A stretch of 46,615 bases of DNA from a virus. Positions within the stretch are counted from its first letter, which is position 1; each line of letters starts with the position of its first letter. The translations under genes were made by a program, and so were the position numbers. The stretch lies in the IMG/VR virus record IMGVR_UViG_3300029398_000003. One strand, written 5' to 3'. This document shows positions 8,558 through 17,024 of the stretch, one piece after another. Under the pieces are notes generated by a model that saw only the letters and a program-made list of their open reading frames with translations, was not told the DNA's origin and did no database searches.

Positions 8558-10807
8558 ATGAAATCTGTAAGTAACGCTTACAAGTCGAGTATGCGTGGCC
8601 TCCTTCGCAACCGCTCCTATGTCCGTATTACCTTCGGAAATGTGGACACAACAGCCGCAACAGACGGTGAGTGGGTAAGCAATGGGGAGCTGCCTTTTTC
8701 TGAATTTGAAACGGTAGATTACCCTTATCAGTATGGGAGTCCCTATGCCGTTTTGGAATTAAATAGGTGGGCATTAGATGGTAAAGCTCTCATTCTTCCC
8801 GCCAGTGGAACGGTGCAGGACGGTTTTGTGTCCAGCCTCATGAGTGACGCTGAGGGAGCGTTCAGCACTCCGGCAGTTATTACCCGACAGTTCTCTGCTC
8901 CCCACACCTTCCCCGGTTTGACGCTGACTTTTGATACCCGGTATCAGGAATGGCCCTTACAGATCACCGCAAGGTTTTATCTGAGCAATGCCCTGGTTGA
9001 TACCCAAGTAGTACCTGTGACCGGCGTAGAGGCCGTGGTAAACACGAGAGCGGCCCAGGTAGACAAGGTGACGATCACCTTCGACATGGCTCTTCCATAT
9101 CGGAGGCCCAGGCTGGAAGAGGTTCTATACGGCCTGAACAAGCAATTTGTGAACAAGGATATTATTTCCACTCAGCAAAAGCATGATGTTGACCCTCTGA
9201 GCCGCAGACTGCCAACTGAAACGATGGAGTTCACCATCATTGACTACGAACACAATTATGACCCCGATAATCCGTCTGGCATCTACGCTTATGTGGATAA
9301 GAACTCTCCCATTGAAATCCAATTCGGCTATGAGTTGCCGGACGGCTCTGTGGAGTGGATTAAATCTGACAGGTATGTGCTGAACGGCAAGCCCACTACC
9401 AAGGATAACCAGACAACCTTTACCGGAACCGGCCTGATTGGAAGTCTGACGAAAACCTTCTACAAAAGCAAACTTGGTTCTAAAAGCCTGTTCGCCATGG
9501 CAGAAGAAGTTCTGTTGGACGCTGATTTGACCCTGACGGAACAGGGAACGCACCCGTGGGAGATTGACGAGAGCTTGAAGCAGATGTTCACTACGGCGGC
9601 TCTCCCTATCGACACGCACATGAACTGCTTGCAGTTAATCGCTCATGCGGCCCGTTGCCGCCTGTTTACGGACGATGACAACATCATCCATATCAAACCC
9701 TTTGGTGTGACCGTGACGGGTATTTACAGCGGCCAGTGGGCCGACAACGGCCATCTCTGGTACAGCGAGTGGGGAACGGTGGATAAGGGCAATACCAGCG
9801 AAAACACTTATGCCGTATTTGAGTTGAACCGCTGGACGCTGGACGGCGGCAATCAGGTGATTATCCCTGATGATGACCCCAATGGGAGAGGATATATCAG
9901 CGAAGTCATGACCAATGCGGAAGGGACATTTACAATGGCCCCGGTCTTTACCAAAACCTTTGATGTGTCGCATGACCTTCCTGTGGTCGCTATCCGCTTT
10001 GATACGCCTATGGACGAATATCCCACCTCTATTCAGGTGAAGTATTACAAGGACACTATTCTGCTGGACACACAGACGGTTCCGGTCAATTCAGTGGAGG
10101 TGTTTGTGTCTTCCTCCTTGGCGATTGACTGTACCAAAATTGAGGTGTCTTTTCTGAGCGGACTCCCTTATCGGAGAATGAGGGTTAGTAAGGTTTACTA
10201 CCGGGAAACTGACTTCACTTTGGATTTTTCTTCTATCGCAGAGAATAGTCAGGCGATCTCCAAAATTGACGAGTTAAGAGCTGTCACCGTGGCTCGGTAC
10301 TCCTACGCTGCCAGTGATAGTACCACCAATCTCTACGAGGAAACGACCACCGAAACTGAGCTTCATGTTGAGTTCTCTGGTCTTGCACAAGATATTCAGA
10401 TCAATGTATCTGGCGGAACGCTGGTATCTTCCAACATTTACGCCAGAGCTGCGGATTTGGTGTTATCCTCCGGCACTAAAACCGTAACCATTACCGGACG
10501 GACTTTGCAGGAGAACTCGGTGGTCGTTTCCTACCCCGTAGCTCTCACCGGAGAGGTAGACAAGGAGGAAAATCCCTTAATCACCAATGACAGTATGTGC
10601 CTTGCTCTGGCAAACCATGTAAAGAATTATCTACAAATGCGAAACACCTATGATGCAGATTATCGTGGAAACCCGGAGATGGAGGTAGGCGACATTATTG
10701 GTCTGCAAACCCGATACACCAATGAAATGGACGCTCTGATCTTGGTGGATGAAATCTCCTTTAACGGCTCTCTGAGCGGAAAGATGAAGGTGAAAGGCTT
10801 GATATGA
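8558..10807 (+). CDS. Tail tip / baseplate structural protein with two tandem ~130-aa paralogous modules
   Basis: 749 aa. Two internal copies of a YAV(L/F)ELNRW(A/T)LDG ... LPYRR(P/M)R module at about 8744-9133 and 9809-10205. Confidence 0.55.
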   Translation: MKSVSNAYKSSMRGLLRNRSYVRITFGNVDTTAATDGEWVSNGELPFSEFETVDYPYQYGSPYAVLELNRWALDGKALILPASGTVQDGFVSSLMSDAEGAFSTPAVITRQFSAPHTFPGLTLTFDTRYQEWPLQITARFYLSNALVDTQVVPVTGVEAVVNTRAAQVDKVTITFDMALPYRRPRLEEVLYGLNKQFVNKDIISTQQKHDVDPLSRRLPTETMEFTIIDYEHNYDPDNPSGIYAYVDKNSPIEIQFGYELPDGSVEWIKSDRYVLNGKPTTKDNQTTFTGTGLIGSLTKTFYKSKLGSKSLFAMAEEVLLDADLTLTEQGTHPWEIDESLKQMFTTAALPIDTHMNCLQLIAHAARCRLFTDDDNIIHIKPFGVTVTGIYSGQWADNGHLWYSEWGTVDKGNTSENTYAVFELNRWTLDGGNQVIIPDDDPNGRGYISEVMTNAEGTFTMAPVFTKTFDVSHDLPVVAIRFDTPMDEYPTSIQVKYYKDTILLDTQTVPVNSVEVFVSSSLAIDCTKIEVSFLSGLPYRRMRVSKVYYRETDFTLDFSSIAENSQAISKIDELRAVTVARYSYAASDSTTNLYEETTTETELHVEFSGLAQDIQINVSGGTLVSSNIYARAADLVLSSGTKTVTITGRTLQENSVVVSYPVALTGEVDKEENPLITNDSMCLALANHVKNYLQMRNTYDADYRGNPEMEVGDIIGLQTRYTNEMDALILVDEISFNGSLSGKMKVKGLI

Positions 10808-11292
10808 GTATTATCAATGAGCTTGTCTACAACCGCACACAGGCCGATGTAGACCGGGTTTATACCCTAAAGAACAAAATCCTCACGGGAGGGCTTGCCG
10901 CCCTCACCGCTGAGGAAAAAGCTGAATATCTGGCCGGAATGAAAGGTGCCTATAACTACACGGACTTTAACCGGCTCGGAGAGGCAATCACCTATCTGGT
11001 AGAGCAAATGAAAAAGCTGGACATTCATGATAGCTCCATTGTCCCGAAGGTAGATTGGGCTATGGGAGATACCCCAACCCAGAGTCAGGTAAGAAATCTC
11101 CTGAGCTGCCTGACAAAATTGAGGGCAAAGCTCTCTTTACCGGACAATGCTCCGTCTGTGCCGAACTCTCTGGACAAGTTGACCTATCAAACGGCAAATG
11201 ACATGGAGCTTCTGCTTTGGATGATTGACCAGCGAATTACACAGACAACCGCAGCGTTCCGCTATTCCGGGACGATATATTGTGGACAATAA
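10804..11292 (+). CDS. Hypothetical tail-module protein
   Basis: 162 aa, overlap-coupled to the upstream tail gene. Confidence 0.5.
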   Translation: MSIINELVYNRTQADVDRVYTLKNKILTGGLAALTAEEKAEYLAGMKGAYNYTDFNRLGEAITYLVEQMKKLDIHDSSIVPKVDWAMGDTPTQSQVRNLLSCLTKLRAKLSLPDNAPSVPNSLDKLTYQTANDMELLLWMIDQRITQTTAAFRYSGTIYCGQ

Positions 11293-11307
11293 GGAGGAAC
11301 TTATAGC

Positions 11308-12456
11308 ATGAAAGACACCAGCATCAAGGGCAATGGAAAGTCCAGCATTATCAAAGCCCCTTCTGATATGCCCGAAACCTTTGAAGCATGGCGGGAACAG
11401 CTTCTCGCCGGAGAAGGCTACCTTGATGTGCGGTTGAATACCGATACAACCGGGGAAAACGCCGGGTGCAATGAAATCGGCACCGCTCTGAATAAAGCCA
11501 ATCTGCTGAATGATACCACGAAAGCGGCCTTGGAACTGACCCAGACAGACCCTACGGTAAATGACGCTCTGTATGCCCTAAGTCAGAAGGGTTCTCCCGC
11601 TGAGGTTCATGTGATCGCAGACAACGGAACCCAGGTCACAATGAGTAAGGGGAGTAAAGTCCTAACCGCTCAGGTGTCCAATGGTGAAGCGGTTCTCTAC
11701 CCTGCCGAGTTGGGCGATTGGAGTATTCAGTACATCTTTGGCGGCTCTCAGAAAACTCGGACTTGGACTCTGGAAGTCATTGGTATCGTCTATGTCTATC
11801 CCTTCGAGATCGGAGCTACCCTGAACGATACCGATTGGGAAGATATTGAGATTTGTGGTCGCCTGGGTATGGCGGAAAAATTCTTCAAGGTGGGAGATAC
11901 AAAGACTGTAAACATCGGCGGAACTAACTACGAGGTACAGATTATTGATTTCAACCATGACGATAAAGTATCTGGTGGTAAGGCCCCCATGACATTCCAG
12001 CTTGTGGACTGCCTCAATCAGACGGCACAGATGAATAGCAGTAACACCAATACCGGAGGCTGGAACGGTTCTGCCATGAGAACCAGAATGGCTACCTATA
12101 AAAGCCAACTTCCGGCGGCTCTTCGGAATGTCATCAAGACTGTCAAGAAGAAATCCGGCACCGGTGGCGGAAGTTCCAGCGGTACGCAGACCACCAATGA
12201 TGACCTGTTTCTGCTGTCCGAAATTGAGATTTTTGGCACGACCACTTACTCGGTAGCCGGTGAGGGTACACAGTACGCTTGGTACAAGGCCGGGAACACC
12301 AGAATTAAGAAAGTCAACGGTTCTGCGAACAACTGGTGGGAGCGTTCGCCTTTTAGCGGCAACGCCACCGATTTCTGCTATGTGAACAGTTCGGGGAACG
12401 CCAACTTTAACTTCGCCAACACCTCTTATGGCGTGTCCTTCGGCTTCTGCGTTTAA
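11308..12456 (+). CDS. DGR target protein 1, a putative receptor-binding tail fibre protein with C-terminal variable region VR1
   Basis: 382 aa, last gene of the tail module. The C-terminus NNWWERSPFSGNATDFCYVNSSGNANFNFANTSYGVSFGFCV is encoded by VR1, which matches the TR apart from adenine positions. Confidence 0.85.
   Translation: MKDTSIKGNGKSSIIKAPSDMPETFEAWREQLLAGEGYLDVRLNTDTTGENAGCNEIGTALNKANLLNDTTKAALELTQTDPTVNDALYALSQKGSPAEVHVIADNGTQVTMSKGSKVLTAQVSNGEAVLYPAELGDWSIQYIFGGSQKTRTWTLEVIGIVYVYPFEIGATLNDTDWEDIEICGRLGMAEKFFKVGDTKTVNIGGTNYEVQIIDFNHDDKVSGGKAPMTFQLVDCLNQTAQMNSSNTNTGGWNGSAMRTRMATYKSQLPAALRNVIKTVKKKSGTGGGSSSGTQTTNDDLFLLSEIEIFGTTTYSVAGEGTQYAWYKAGNTRIKKVNGSANNWWERSPFSGNATDFCYVNSSGNANFNFANTSYGVSFGFCV
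12320..12450 (+). repeat. DGR variable repeat VR1
   Basis: 131-bp ungapped alignment to TR 12975-13105 with 13 mismatches, all at TR adenines (for example AAT to TTT, AAC to TTC, ACC to GCC). Confidence 0.9.
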
Positions 12457-12474
12457 TCCAATATCTGCTAAATC

Positions 12475-12492
12475 CCGCCCCGTAAGGGGCGG
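12475..12492 (+). promoter_or_regulatory. GC-rich hairpin (7-bp stem, GTAA loop) 24 nt downstream of VR1. Candidate DGR target-recognition structure.
   Basis: ccgcccc gtaa ggggcgg with no following U-tract. Same sequence class and same spacing as the hairpin after VR2. Confidence 0.6.
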
Positions 12493-12507
12493 TATAGGAG
12501 GGTAATT

Positions 12508-12936
12508 ATGTCAGTCATCAAATCTAAACGGGGAGAAAGCCCAATGCAGTTCATCGAAACTGCAAGAAAACTGGAAGCTCACACTTTTTCCGTTGTCACC
12601 AAGGCTCCTAAGCGGTACGGCCCCTATCTCCTTTACAAGCTCATGGCTCTTGCCACCACGGTTCATGACGAGGTTCGGGCGGCAAACAATATCTATCCGA
12701 GAAACCAGCATGAAGCGCAAATGCGCCGGGACTGCCTGACAAGAGCCAATATTGCCCTCCAAAATCTCAGTCCAAAGCTGACCTTGCTCTATGACGCTAT
12801 TCTTCAAAACCCGGAAAAATGCCCGTGGATTGACCACGCCATGCAGGAGTTCGGAGAGTACATCAAAGAGGAAGCGAAGCTGATCGCAAAAGTGAAGAAA
12901 GCTGACAGCGAGAGGTATAAAGACCTCCCGGTGTAA
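12508..12936 (+). CDS. avd: DGR accessory variability determinant (Avd-like, basic helical protein)
   Basis: 142 aa between the target gene and the TR, the canonical mtd-avd-TR-RT order. Basic and helical, with a KAPKRYG segment resembling IPRKHG of BPP-1 Avd (recalled from memory). Confidence 0.6.
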   Translation: MSVIKSKRGESPMQFIETARKLEAHTFSVVTKAPKRYGPYLLYKLMALATTVHDEVRAANNIYPRNQHEAQMRRDCLTRANIALQNLSPKLTLLYDAILQNPEKCPWIDHAMQEFGEYIKEEAKLIAKVKKADSERYKDLPV

Positions 12937-12974
12937 GTTTTCAGATATGGGTCAAGTCCTGTCATCCGTTTATT

Positions 12975-13105
12975 GTTCTGCGAACAACTGGTGGGAGCGT
13001 TCGCCTAATAGCGGCAACACCAACAATTTCTGCAATGTGAACAGTTCGGGAAACGCCAACAATAACAACGCCAACAACTCTAATGGCGTGTCCTTCGGCT
13101 TCTGC
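12975..13105 (+). repeat. DGR template repeat (TR)
   Basis: Adenine-rich AAC/AAT-codon segment homologous to VR1 (131 bp) and VR2 (116 bp). Homology ends at ttctgc, after which the TR reads aacttcgta and both VRs read gtttaatcc. Confidence 0.9.
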
Positions 13106-13370
13106 AACTTCGTATGGGTCAGTCGTAGTAACCCCGTTGGGTGAAATCAGTACCCTTTGCAGAAGGAGGGCTTGTACCCTGCCGAAAGGCTAAAACTTCC
13201 GGGTATATCGTTTGAAATATACCCTTTCCGGCAACGGGAACTTCCGATGTAGTCAGCCGGACGCTGCTTGCATGGTGAGCGATTGTACGGTAGCTCATTT
13301 CATGGCTGGTACTACTATGCAGTTAGAACCCGTACCCCACAATAATACTGTACGGAGGGAACCCCTTTTT

Positions 13371-14588
13371 ATGACAAGTGAGGAACGAAGGGAAATCCGT
13401 TATCAACGCAGGAAAACAAAGAGGGACGAGGCCCGTCTAAAGCGAAGTATGGCCTGTGGAGATTTTGATGAAGTCTTTTCGTTCCGGCATCTATATCTCT
13501 CTGCGAAAAAGTGCTGTAAAGGAGTGTACTGGAAAAGTTCTACACAAAGATATATCAGCAATCTTATCCCAAATATCTCTGAAACCCTATTATCCCTGAG
13601 AAATGGCACCTTTATTCACCGAGGCTTCCATGAGTTCTACATCATGGAGCGTGGCAAGAAACGGCATATTCGCTCTGTTCATATCTCGGAGCGGACAGTC
13701 CAGAAATGCCTATGTGATTACTGCATTGTGCCAATCTACTCCGCCTCTTTCATCTACGACAACTCCGCCAGTTTGAAGCACCGAGGAATGGACTTTGCCT
13801 TACGGCGGATGGTCTATCACTTGGAACGGCATTTTCGCAAGCATGGTTTGGCTGGTGGCATCTTGATCTATGACTTCAAGAGCTTCTTCGATGACGCTCC
13901 CCATGAACCTCTGCTGGCGGAGGCGGAAAGACGGCTCCACGATGACCGTATTCGGGCTTTACACAACAGCTTCATTGCGGATTTTGGCCCGGTAGGGCTT
14001 GGCCTGGGCAGTCAGATCAGTCAGACAAATGCTCTGTTGCTGCCGAGTCCGCTTGACCATTATTTCAAAGAAGTCCTGGGGATTGAGGGATATGCCCGGT
14101 ATATGGATGACGGCTACGCCATTCATGAAGACCTGGATTATCTAAAGGGCGAATGTATGTTGGGATTGGAAGAGGTCACTCGGCACCTTGGACTCCGGCT
14201 CAACTGGAAGAAAACCAGGGTTGTTCCTCTGGTGGACTTCTACCGATGGTTGAAAACCAAGTTCATCGTCACACCGCAGGGGAAGGTGATCTTGAAGATG
14301 AACCCGGCTTCTACCAAAATCATCCGGCGCAAACTCCGTTCTTTTTACCGAAAATGGCAGATGGATGAAATGGCCCTGGCTGATATTCGCAATTCAGTGG
14401 ACAGCTATAACGGCCACATGATGCGAGGCAATAGTTATAAGGTAAAAGAGCGAACCAATCAGTATTTCAAATCCATGTTTGGTTTCTATCCGAACAAGAA
14501 AGGTTGGGAAAGAAATGTATCGAATGTTCAAAGGAGAAATTGTACTGGCAACAGTTACGAACCCTGTTTGGGTCAAAAAGCAGGATAA
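13371..14588 (+). CDS. DGR reverse transcriptase
   Basis: YMDD catalytic box (YARYMDDGYAI) and an LGLGSQISQ motif, the DGR-type (I/L)GxxxSQ. ATG at 13371 is preceded by ggaggga. The ORF track starts at TTG 13212, but that upstream part is more likely TR-RT spacer RNA. Confidence 0.85.
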   Translation: MTSEERREIRYQRRKTKRDEARLKRSMACGDFDEVFSFRHLYLSAKKCCKGVYWKSSTQRYISNLIPNISETLLSLRNGTFIHRGFHEFYIMERGKKRHIRSVHISERTVQKCLCDYCIVPIYSASFIYDNSASLKHRGMDFALRRMVYHLERHFRKHGLAGGILIYDFKSFFDDAPHEPLLAEAERRLHDDRIRALHNSFIADFGPVGLGLGSQISQTNALLLPSPLDHYFKEVLGIEGYARYMDDGYAIHEDLDYLKGECMLGLEEVTRHLGLRLNWKKTRVVPLVDFYRWLKTKFIVTPQGKVILKMNPASTKIIRRKLRSFYRKWQMDEMALADIRNSVDSYNGHMMRGNSYKVKERTNQYFKSMFGFYPNKKGWERNVSNVQRRNCTGNSYEPCLGQKAG

Positions 14589-14817
14589 CGGCAGCTATGG
14601 CCTGTGTAGTGAGCAAGAGGCTCAGGGTGTCGTGATTGAGGGTACTGTGTACCATGTAGAGGGTAGGGACGAGTTGGACGGTACGGAGAGCGTTATCGTG
14701 ACCGAAATCAGTGAGATTGCCTACCAGAAAGAGCAGGAGGCCATTATTCAGAGAAAAGCGGAGCAGGAGGAAGTAGACGCTATTGCGGCGGCGATTGAGA
14801 GGGGGCTTGCGCTGTGA
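14515..14817 (+). CDS. Hypothetical protein
   Basis: ORF 14479-14817; ATG 14515 is preferred. Overlaps the RT 3' end. Acidic C-terminal part. Confidence 0.4.
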   Translation: MYRMFKGEIVLATVTNPVWVKKQDNGSYGLCSEQEAQGVVIEGTVYHVEGRDELDGTESVIVTEISEIAYQKEQEAIIQRKAEQEEVDAIAAAIERGLAL

Positions 14818-15272
14818 ATAAGAAGATGTTGGACGCTTTGACGAGTGCAATCTATGTGTCGAAGCTAAGTCTGGCTGGGGAAGCAGTGACGGAGGATGAC
14901 CAGAAAATCAGAGCCGCAGGGTTGTACCCCGATTGGGAGGCTGGAAAGCATACCAAGGGTGAAATCTACAATACCCATGCTGGGGACAGCCTGGGAAACG
15001 AGTGGGAACAGACTTGGGAGTGTTATCAGGCTTACGACAATGCCACCTATCCCGGCCTCATTCCCGGCAACTCCTCCTGGTACACCTTCAACCGGCCCCT
15101 GCATGGGAAGACCAAGGAAACGGCCCGTCCCTTTGTCCCTGTTCAGGGAGCGCACGATATGTACCACACTGGTGAGTACATGATCTTCACGGACGGGAAA
15201 GTGTACCGGTGCAAGCAGGACACCAATTTCTCTCCCACCGATTATGCTCAGGCTTGGGAGGTAGTGGAATGA
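14814..15272 (+). CDS. Hypothetical protein with a CBM5/12-like carbohydrate-binding C-terminus
   Basis: 152 aa. The C-terminal YHTGEYMIFTDGKVYRCKQDTNFSPTDYAQAWEVV resembles the aromatic pattern of chitin-binding type-3 (CBM5/12) modules. Confidence 0.35.
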   Translation: MNKKMLDALTSAIYVSKLSLAGEAVTEDDQKIRAAGLYPDWEAGKHTKGEIYNTHAGDSLGNEWEQTWECYQAYDNATYPGLIPGNSSWYTFNRPLHGKTKETARPFVPVQGAHDMYHTGEYMIFTDGKVYRCKQDTNFSPTDYAQAWEVVE

Positions 15273-15529
15273 CGGAGGCAATCATTGTAGCTATTATCAC
15301 GGGTGGGCTGGCTCTGCTTGGCACCATCTATTCCAGCAATAAGACCGCTCAGACCATGAACGCCAAACTGGACAGGCAGCAAGCGGTTACGGAAACGAAG
15401 TTGGAAGACCTCACCCGTGAAGTCCGGGAACACAACAATTTTGCCAAGCGTATGCCCGTGGTGGAAGAGCAAATCAAGGTCATTAACCATCGTATTTCTG
15501 ACCTGGAAGAGTTTCACAAGCCGGATTAA
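15269..15529 (+). CDS. Small membrane protein (N-terminal TM helix plus coiled coil); XhlA-like lysis accessory candidate
   Basis: ATGA overlap with the upstream stop. MTEAIIVAIITGGLALLGTIY is followed by a charged helical region. Confidence 0.4.
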   Translation: MTEAIIVAIITGGLALLGTIYSSNKTAQTMNAKLDRQQAVTETKLEDLTREVREHNNFAKRMPVVEEQIKVINHRISDLEEFHKPD

Positions 15530-15551
15530 CTGAACATTTTCAGTGTATCTA
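15529..15551 (+). promoter_or_regulatory. ACTGAA-N4-TTCAGT palindrome followed by a TATCTA -10-like hexamer (weak -35 ggatta at 15523-15528)
   Basis: actgaacattttcagtg tatcta has the same spacer architecture as the island promoter at 37748-37776. Confidence 0.35.
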
Positions 15552-15604
15552 CTAATTATTTTCAGTGGTCAATAGTGAGTTTAGTGAATGATTTTAAGTT
15601 TTTG

Positions 15605-15678
15605 CTATAAAGTCCCCTTAGAGAGCGTCCCTATAAGAGAGTTTATGGTAAAAATCGAAAATGGGTCACTAAACTCAC
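15605..15678 (+). promoter_or_regulatory. Conserved leader element, copy A, upstream of the holin gene. Homologous to 36814-36886.
   Basis: 29-bp perfect core aaaaatcgaaaatgggtcactaaactcac (15650-15678 equals 36858-36886), preceded by paired (t/a)(t/a)agagag boxes in both copies. Confidence 0.7.
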
Positions 15679-15700
15679 CAAAATAGAAAGGAGAGTTCTC

Positions 15701-15907
15701 ATGGAAATCATCAAGAAGAAGCTGGCAAATCTGCTGTCTGTCAAGTCCCTCGTGACCCTTGTGCTGACCGGTGTGTTCGCTTTTATGGCTTGCACCAACC
15801 AGATCAGCCAGGACTTCATGACCATCTATGCCGTCATTATTGCGTTCTACTTCGGCACTCAGAGCCAGAAAGCGCAGGATTTGATGGATTACCCGAAGGG
15901 GGAGTAA
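15701..15907 (+). CDS. Holin
   Basis: 68 aa with two hydrophobic helices and a charged C-terminus, immediately upstream of the endolysin. RBS aaaggagag. Confidence 0.65.
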   Translation: MEIIKKKLANLLSVKSLVTLVLTGVFAFMACTNQISQDFMTIYAVIIAFYFGTQSQKAQDLMDYPKGE

Positions 15908-15910
15908 GTC

Positions 15911-16771
15911 ATGATGAAAGCAACTGAGCTGGTCGACAAGGTCATTGACATTGCAAAGAACGATAAGACACTGTATGTCATGGGGTGTTTTGGAGCACCC
16001 CTGACTGCGGCCAACAAGAAACGGTACACCACCAATCATTCCTACAACAAAGCTGCGGCCCGTGTGAAGATGATTAACGCCGCTTCCGAGGACACCTTTG
16101 GGTTTGACTGCGTATGTCTTATCAAGGGTATTCTGTGGGGCTGGTGCGGCGACAAGAGTAAGACCTACGGAGGGGCGAAGTACGCTTCCAACGGTGTACC
16201 AGACATTGGGGCCGACCAGATGATTACCAAGTGTCCTGACGCTTCTGCCACTGGTTGGGCCGACATGGAACCCGGTGAGGTGGTATGGACTACCGGCCAC
16301 ATCGGTATCTACATCGGTGATGGTCTGGTTGTCGAGTGTACGCCTAAGTGGAAGAACTGTGTGCAGATCACGGCGGTGGGCAACATCGGCCCCAAAGCCG
16401 GGTACAATACCCGCACCTGGAAGAAGCATGGTCACATTCCTTATGTGGAATACGATAAGGTTCCTTCCGTAAAGCCACCTGAGCCTGATACGGTTGTTCC
16501 CGCACCCGTTACCGAGGTCAAGGCCACCGGTACTGCCAAATCCTTTAACAAGGCTGTGGCTGGCTCCTACAAAGTGACAGCAAGCTCCCTGAATGTTCGT
16601 AACGCTGCTGGTACGGAGCATAAGGTTTTGACTACCATTCCGAAAGGAACTGTGGTCAAGAATTATGGTTACTATACGGTGGTCAATGGCGTAAAGTGGC
16701 TCTATGTCAAGTTCACCTACAAGCGAGTGACCTATACCGGGTTCTGTTCTGCGGCCTATTTGAAAAAGTGA
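15911..16771 (+). CDS. Endolysin: NlpC/P60 or CHAP-like cysteine peptidase domain plus C-terminal bacterial SH3 domain
   Basis: Candidate catalytic Cys (FGFDCVCLIKG) and His (TGHIGIYIGDG). The C-terminal YKVTASSLNVRNAAGTEHKVLTTIPKGTVV...WLYV is SH3_3-like. Confidence 0.7.
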   Translation: MMKATELVDKVIDIAKNDKTLYVMGCFGAPLTAANKKRYTTNHSYNKAAARVKMINAASEDTFGFDCVCLIKGILWGWCGDKSKTYGGAKYASNGVPDIGADQMITKCPDASATGWADMEPGEVVWTTGHIGIYIGDGLVVECTPKWKNCVQITAVGNIGPKAGYNTRTWKKHGHIPYVEYDKVPSVKPPEPDTVVPAPVTEVKATGTAKSFNKAVAGSYKVTASSLNVRNAAGTEHKVLTTIPKGTVVKNYGYYTVVNGVKWLYVKFTYKRVTYTGFCSAAYLKK

Positions 16772-16782
16772 GGGTGGTATCA

Positions 16783-17022
16783 ATGAGCGGCAAGCGAGTT
16801 GCCACGAAGCCGAAAAAGAAGGTGAAGAAGCGTACTCTTTTCACAGTCTTCTCCATGTTCAATCTGTTCTGGTACACAATCGCTGTTCTGGTTGCCAATT
16901 TCCACGACCACATGATTTCATCGGAACTGACGGTGGCCTGGTTCTCTGCGTGGACGGTGGAGCTTGCCTTGCTCTTTGGTATCAAAATCAAGGACAAATC
17001 TTCTGATGAAAGTGCAGGGTAA
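16783..17022 (+). CDS. Small two-TM membrane protein (second holin or lysis regulator candidate)
   Basis: ATG 16783 after gagggtgg. Lys-rich N-terminus followed by two hydrophobic helices. Confidence 0.4.
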   Translation: MSGKRVATKPKKKVKKRTLFTVFSMFNLFWYTIAVLVANFHDHMISSELTVAWFSAWTVELALLFGIKIKDKSSDESAG

Positions 17023-17024
17023 TC

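Noticed and set aside
12475-12492. VR-proximal GC hairpins as simple rho-independent terminators
   Set aside because: Neither hairpin (12475-12492 or 21175-21194) is followed by a T/U tract, and each is immediately followed by the RBS of the next gene. The identical spacing from the VR ends favours a DGR role.
12947-13144. 65-aa ORF encoding ...NNWWERSPNSGNTNNFCNVNSSGNANNNNANNSNGVSFGFCN
   Set aside because: This is the DGR template repeat read as protein. It has no RBS and no N-terminal domain, and sits in the non-coding avd-RT gap, so it is annotated as the TR rather than a CDS.
13212-13370. N-terminal 53 codons of the RT ORF as given in the ORF track (TTG start)
   Set aside because: There is no RBS, the segment contains a strong hairpin (gggtatat-N8-atataccc at 13201-13224), and it precedes an ATG with ggaggga. 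It is more plausibly the TR-RT spacer RNA than coding sequence.
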